From: Actinomycetes bacterium
Lineage (GTDB): Bacteria; Actinomycetota; UBA4738; HRBIN12
Length of the DNA: 64,000 nt
Direction of reading: 5' to 3'
NCBI GenBank assembly: GCA_031423155.1
Contig: JANPEZ010000097.1
Coordinates: forward strand, 1,048 to 65,047
In this document: positions 63,262 to 64,000 of the stretch, piece by piece
Layout of the letters: every line of letters starts with the position of its first letter
How positions within the stretch are numbered: position 1 is the first letter of the stretch
The notes under the pieces: model-generated
Database searches by the model: none
What the model saw: only the letters and a program-made list of their open reading frames with translations
Told to the model about the DNA's origin: nothing
Program-made: the position numbers and the translations under genes

Positions 63262-64000
63262 CCGCCGCGTCGCGGTCCCCTGAGCAGTTCGAACCAGGTT
63301 CCGGCCCAAGCTGCGATCGCGCCCAACCAGACGAGAGGCAGGACGCGGCGGTAGGCCGCGCGCAGTTGCGGTCCTCCCCAGGCGTTGACGTTCGCGCTCG
63401 TGCTGCCGATCCGTCGGGGCAGATAGCCGAGCAGGTGCCTGCGAACGTTGTCCCAGCCGATCACGCGCTCGCCGGCGGGAGCGGCGTCGATCAAGATGCG
63501 CCCGAACCCGCGCCCTCTGGAGAAGTGATGCCGCGCAAGGGCTCTGGCGGTCCGGCACGGATTCGCATGCACGATGATCACGTCCGCCGCGCGGAACGCC
63601 TGATAGCCGAGCCGCGCCAGCGCGTGGTTGACGACCGTGTCCTCACCGGCGCGCAGATCCTCGGGGAACCCGCCTACCTTCTCCAGGATCTCGCGCTCGT
63701 AGGAGCAGTGGACCGGTGGTCCTTCCAGCTGCATCGACGGACGCCCTGGCAGCGCGCTCGAGTGATCTAGGAAGTACGCGGCCCATCCCGCTCTCGTCCG
63801 CGTCGCGTTGAGCGTGGAACCGGTGACCATCGGGAAACCGCGTTCGTGCGCGCGGATGCGCGCCGCGAGGCTGCCCTGCGGAAGTTCGATGTGTGAGCCG
63901 GGGAACGAGACGAAGTCCCCGCGCGCCAGCGCGAGTCCGGCGTTGCGAGCCGCACCCGGGAACACCGGGTCGGGCAGTTCCACCAGAGTGACGTCGGGGA
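63258..64000 (-). CDS. Glycosyltransferase family 2 protein, 3' part (the gene continues past the window end)
   Basis: ARNAGLALARGDFVSF and later GT2-like segments. The upstream DxD region would lie beyond coordinate 64000. Confidence 0.55.
   Translation of the reverse strand, partial: PDVTLVELPDPVFPGAARNAGLALARGDFVSFPGSHIELPQGSLAARIRAHERGFPMVTGSTLNATRTRAGWAAYFLDHSSALPGRPSMQLEGPPVHCSYEREILEKVGGFPEDLRAGEDTVVNHALARLGYQAFRAADVIIVHANPCRTARALARHHFSRGRGFGRILIDAAPAGERVIGWDNVRRHLLGYLPRRIGSTSANVNAWGGPQLRAAYRRVLPLVWLGAIAAWAGTWFELLRGPRRGG

Overview
This window is high-GC (~68-70%), actinobacterial-type chromosomal DNA with compact genes that often overlap by 4 bp (ATGA/GTGA), implying translational coupling. 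Coordinates from 1 to about 43 kb look like core genome; from about 44 to 58 kb they look like accessory DNA. The core part carries an LLM-type flavin oxidoreductase; a metal ABC transporter (ATPase, permease) followed by a Fur-family regulator, likely Zur; and four tandem, 4-nt-overlapping secreted paralogs of the alkaline-phosphatase superfamily that carry nucleotide pyrophosphatase/phosphodiesterase (NPP)-type motifs. These are followed by a 1124-aa polytopic membrane protein whose C-terminal third is MFS-like. Further core genes are an EamA transporter, an AlaX-type editing protein, and a secreted cupredoxin / parallel-beta-helix / PLDc_N-anchored protein. Then come an RpoD-family sigma factor, a PlsC-like acyltransferase, and a peptide ABC import cluster (family-5 SBP, two permeases, no ATPase in the window) with an M20 peptidase, an orphan PAS histidine kinase and an M55 D-aminopeptidase. 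After these sit an epimerase with a processive GT2 (QxxRW) and a CE4 deacetylase exopolysaccharide module. Beyond that lie a probable tRNA-Sec, Tag glycosylase, PadR and HAD-IB genes, and an ECF sigma / zf-HC2 anti-sigma / M15 peptidase operon. The core part ends with a coupled SDR/CDGSH pair, an ABC-F ATPase and a CspA-type cold-shock gene with an intrinsic terminator. From about 44 to 58 kb the sequence is punctuated by tRNA-Arg(CCT)-derived repeats. These comprise one intact gene, one hybrid or diverged copy, at least three direct-repeat 3' fragments, one degenerate fragment and an isolated 5' half. The segments they bound hold an IS3-family transposase remnant, a truncated duplicate of an SMP-30/gluconolactonase gene found intact 11.6 kb away, and accessory genes. 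The accessory genes are a phosphodiester glycosidase, an RTX-like Ca-binding repeat protein, SnoaL-like proteins, alpha/beta hydrolases, an amidase with FN3 domains, a TPR plus class III nucleotidyl cyclase, and a DUF4143 AAA ATPase. No integrase is present, so this looks like a decayed array of tRNA-targeted integrative elements. The window ends with an SQR-like flavoprotein, a class III aminotransferase, a Zn-ADH, a Tat-exported cupredoxin and a partial GT2 gene. All calls are from reading the six-frame translations and the nucleotide sequence by eye; no database searches were run.
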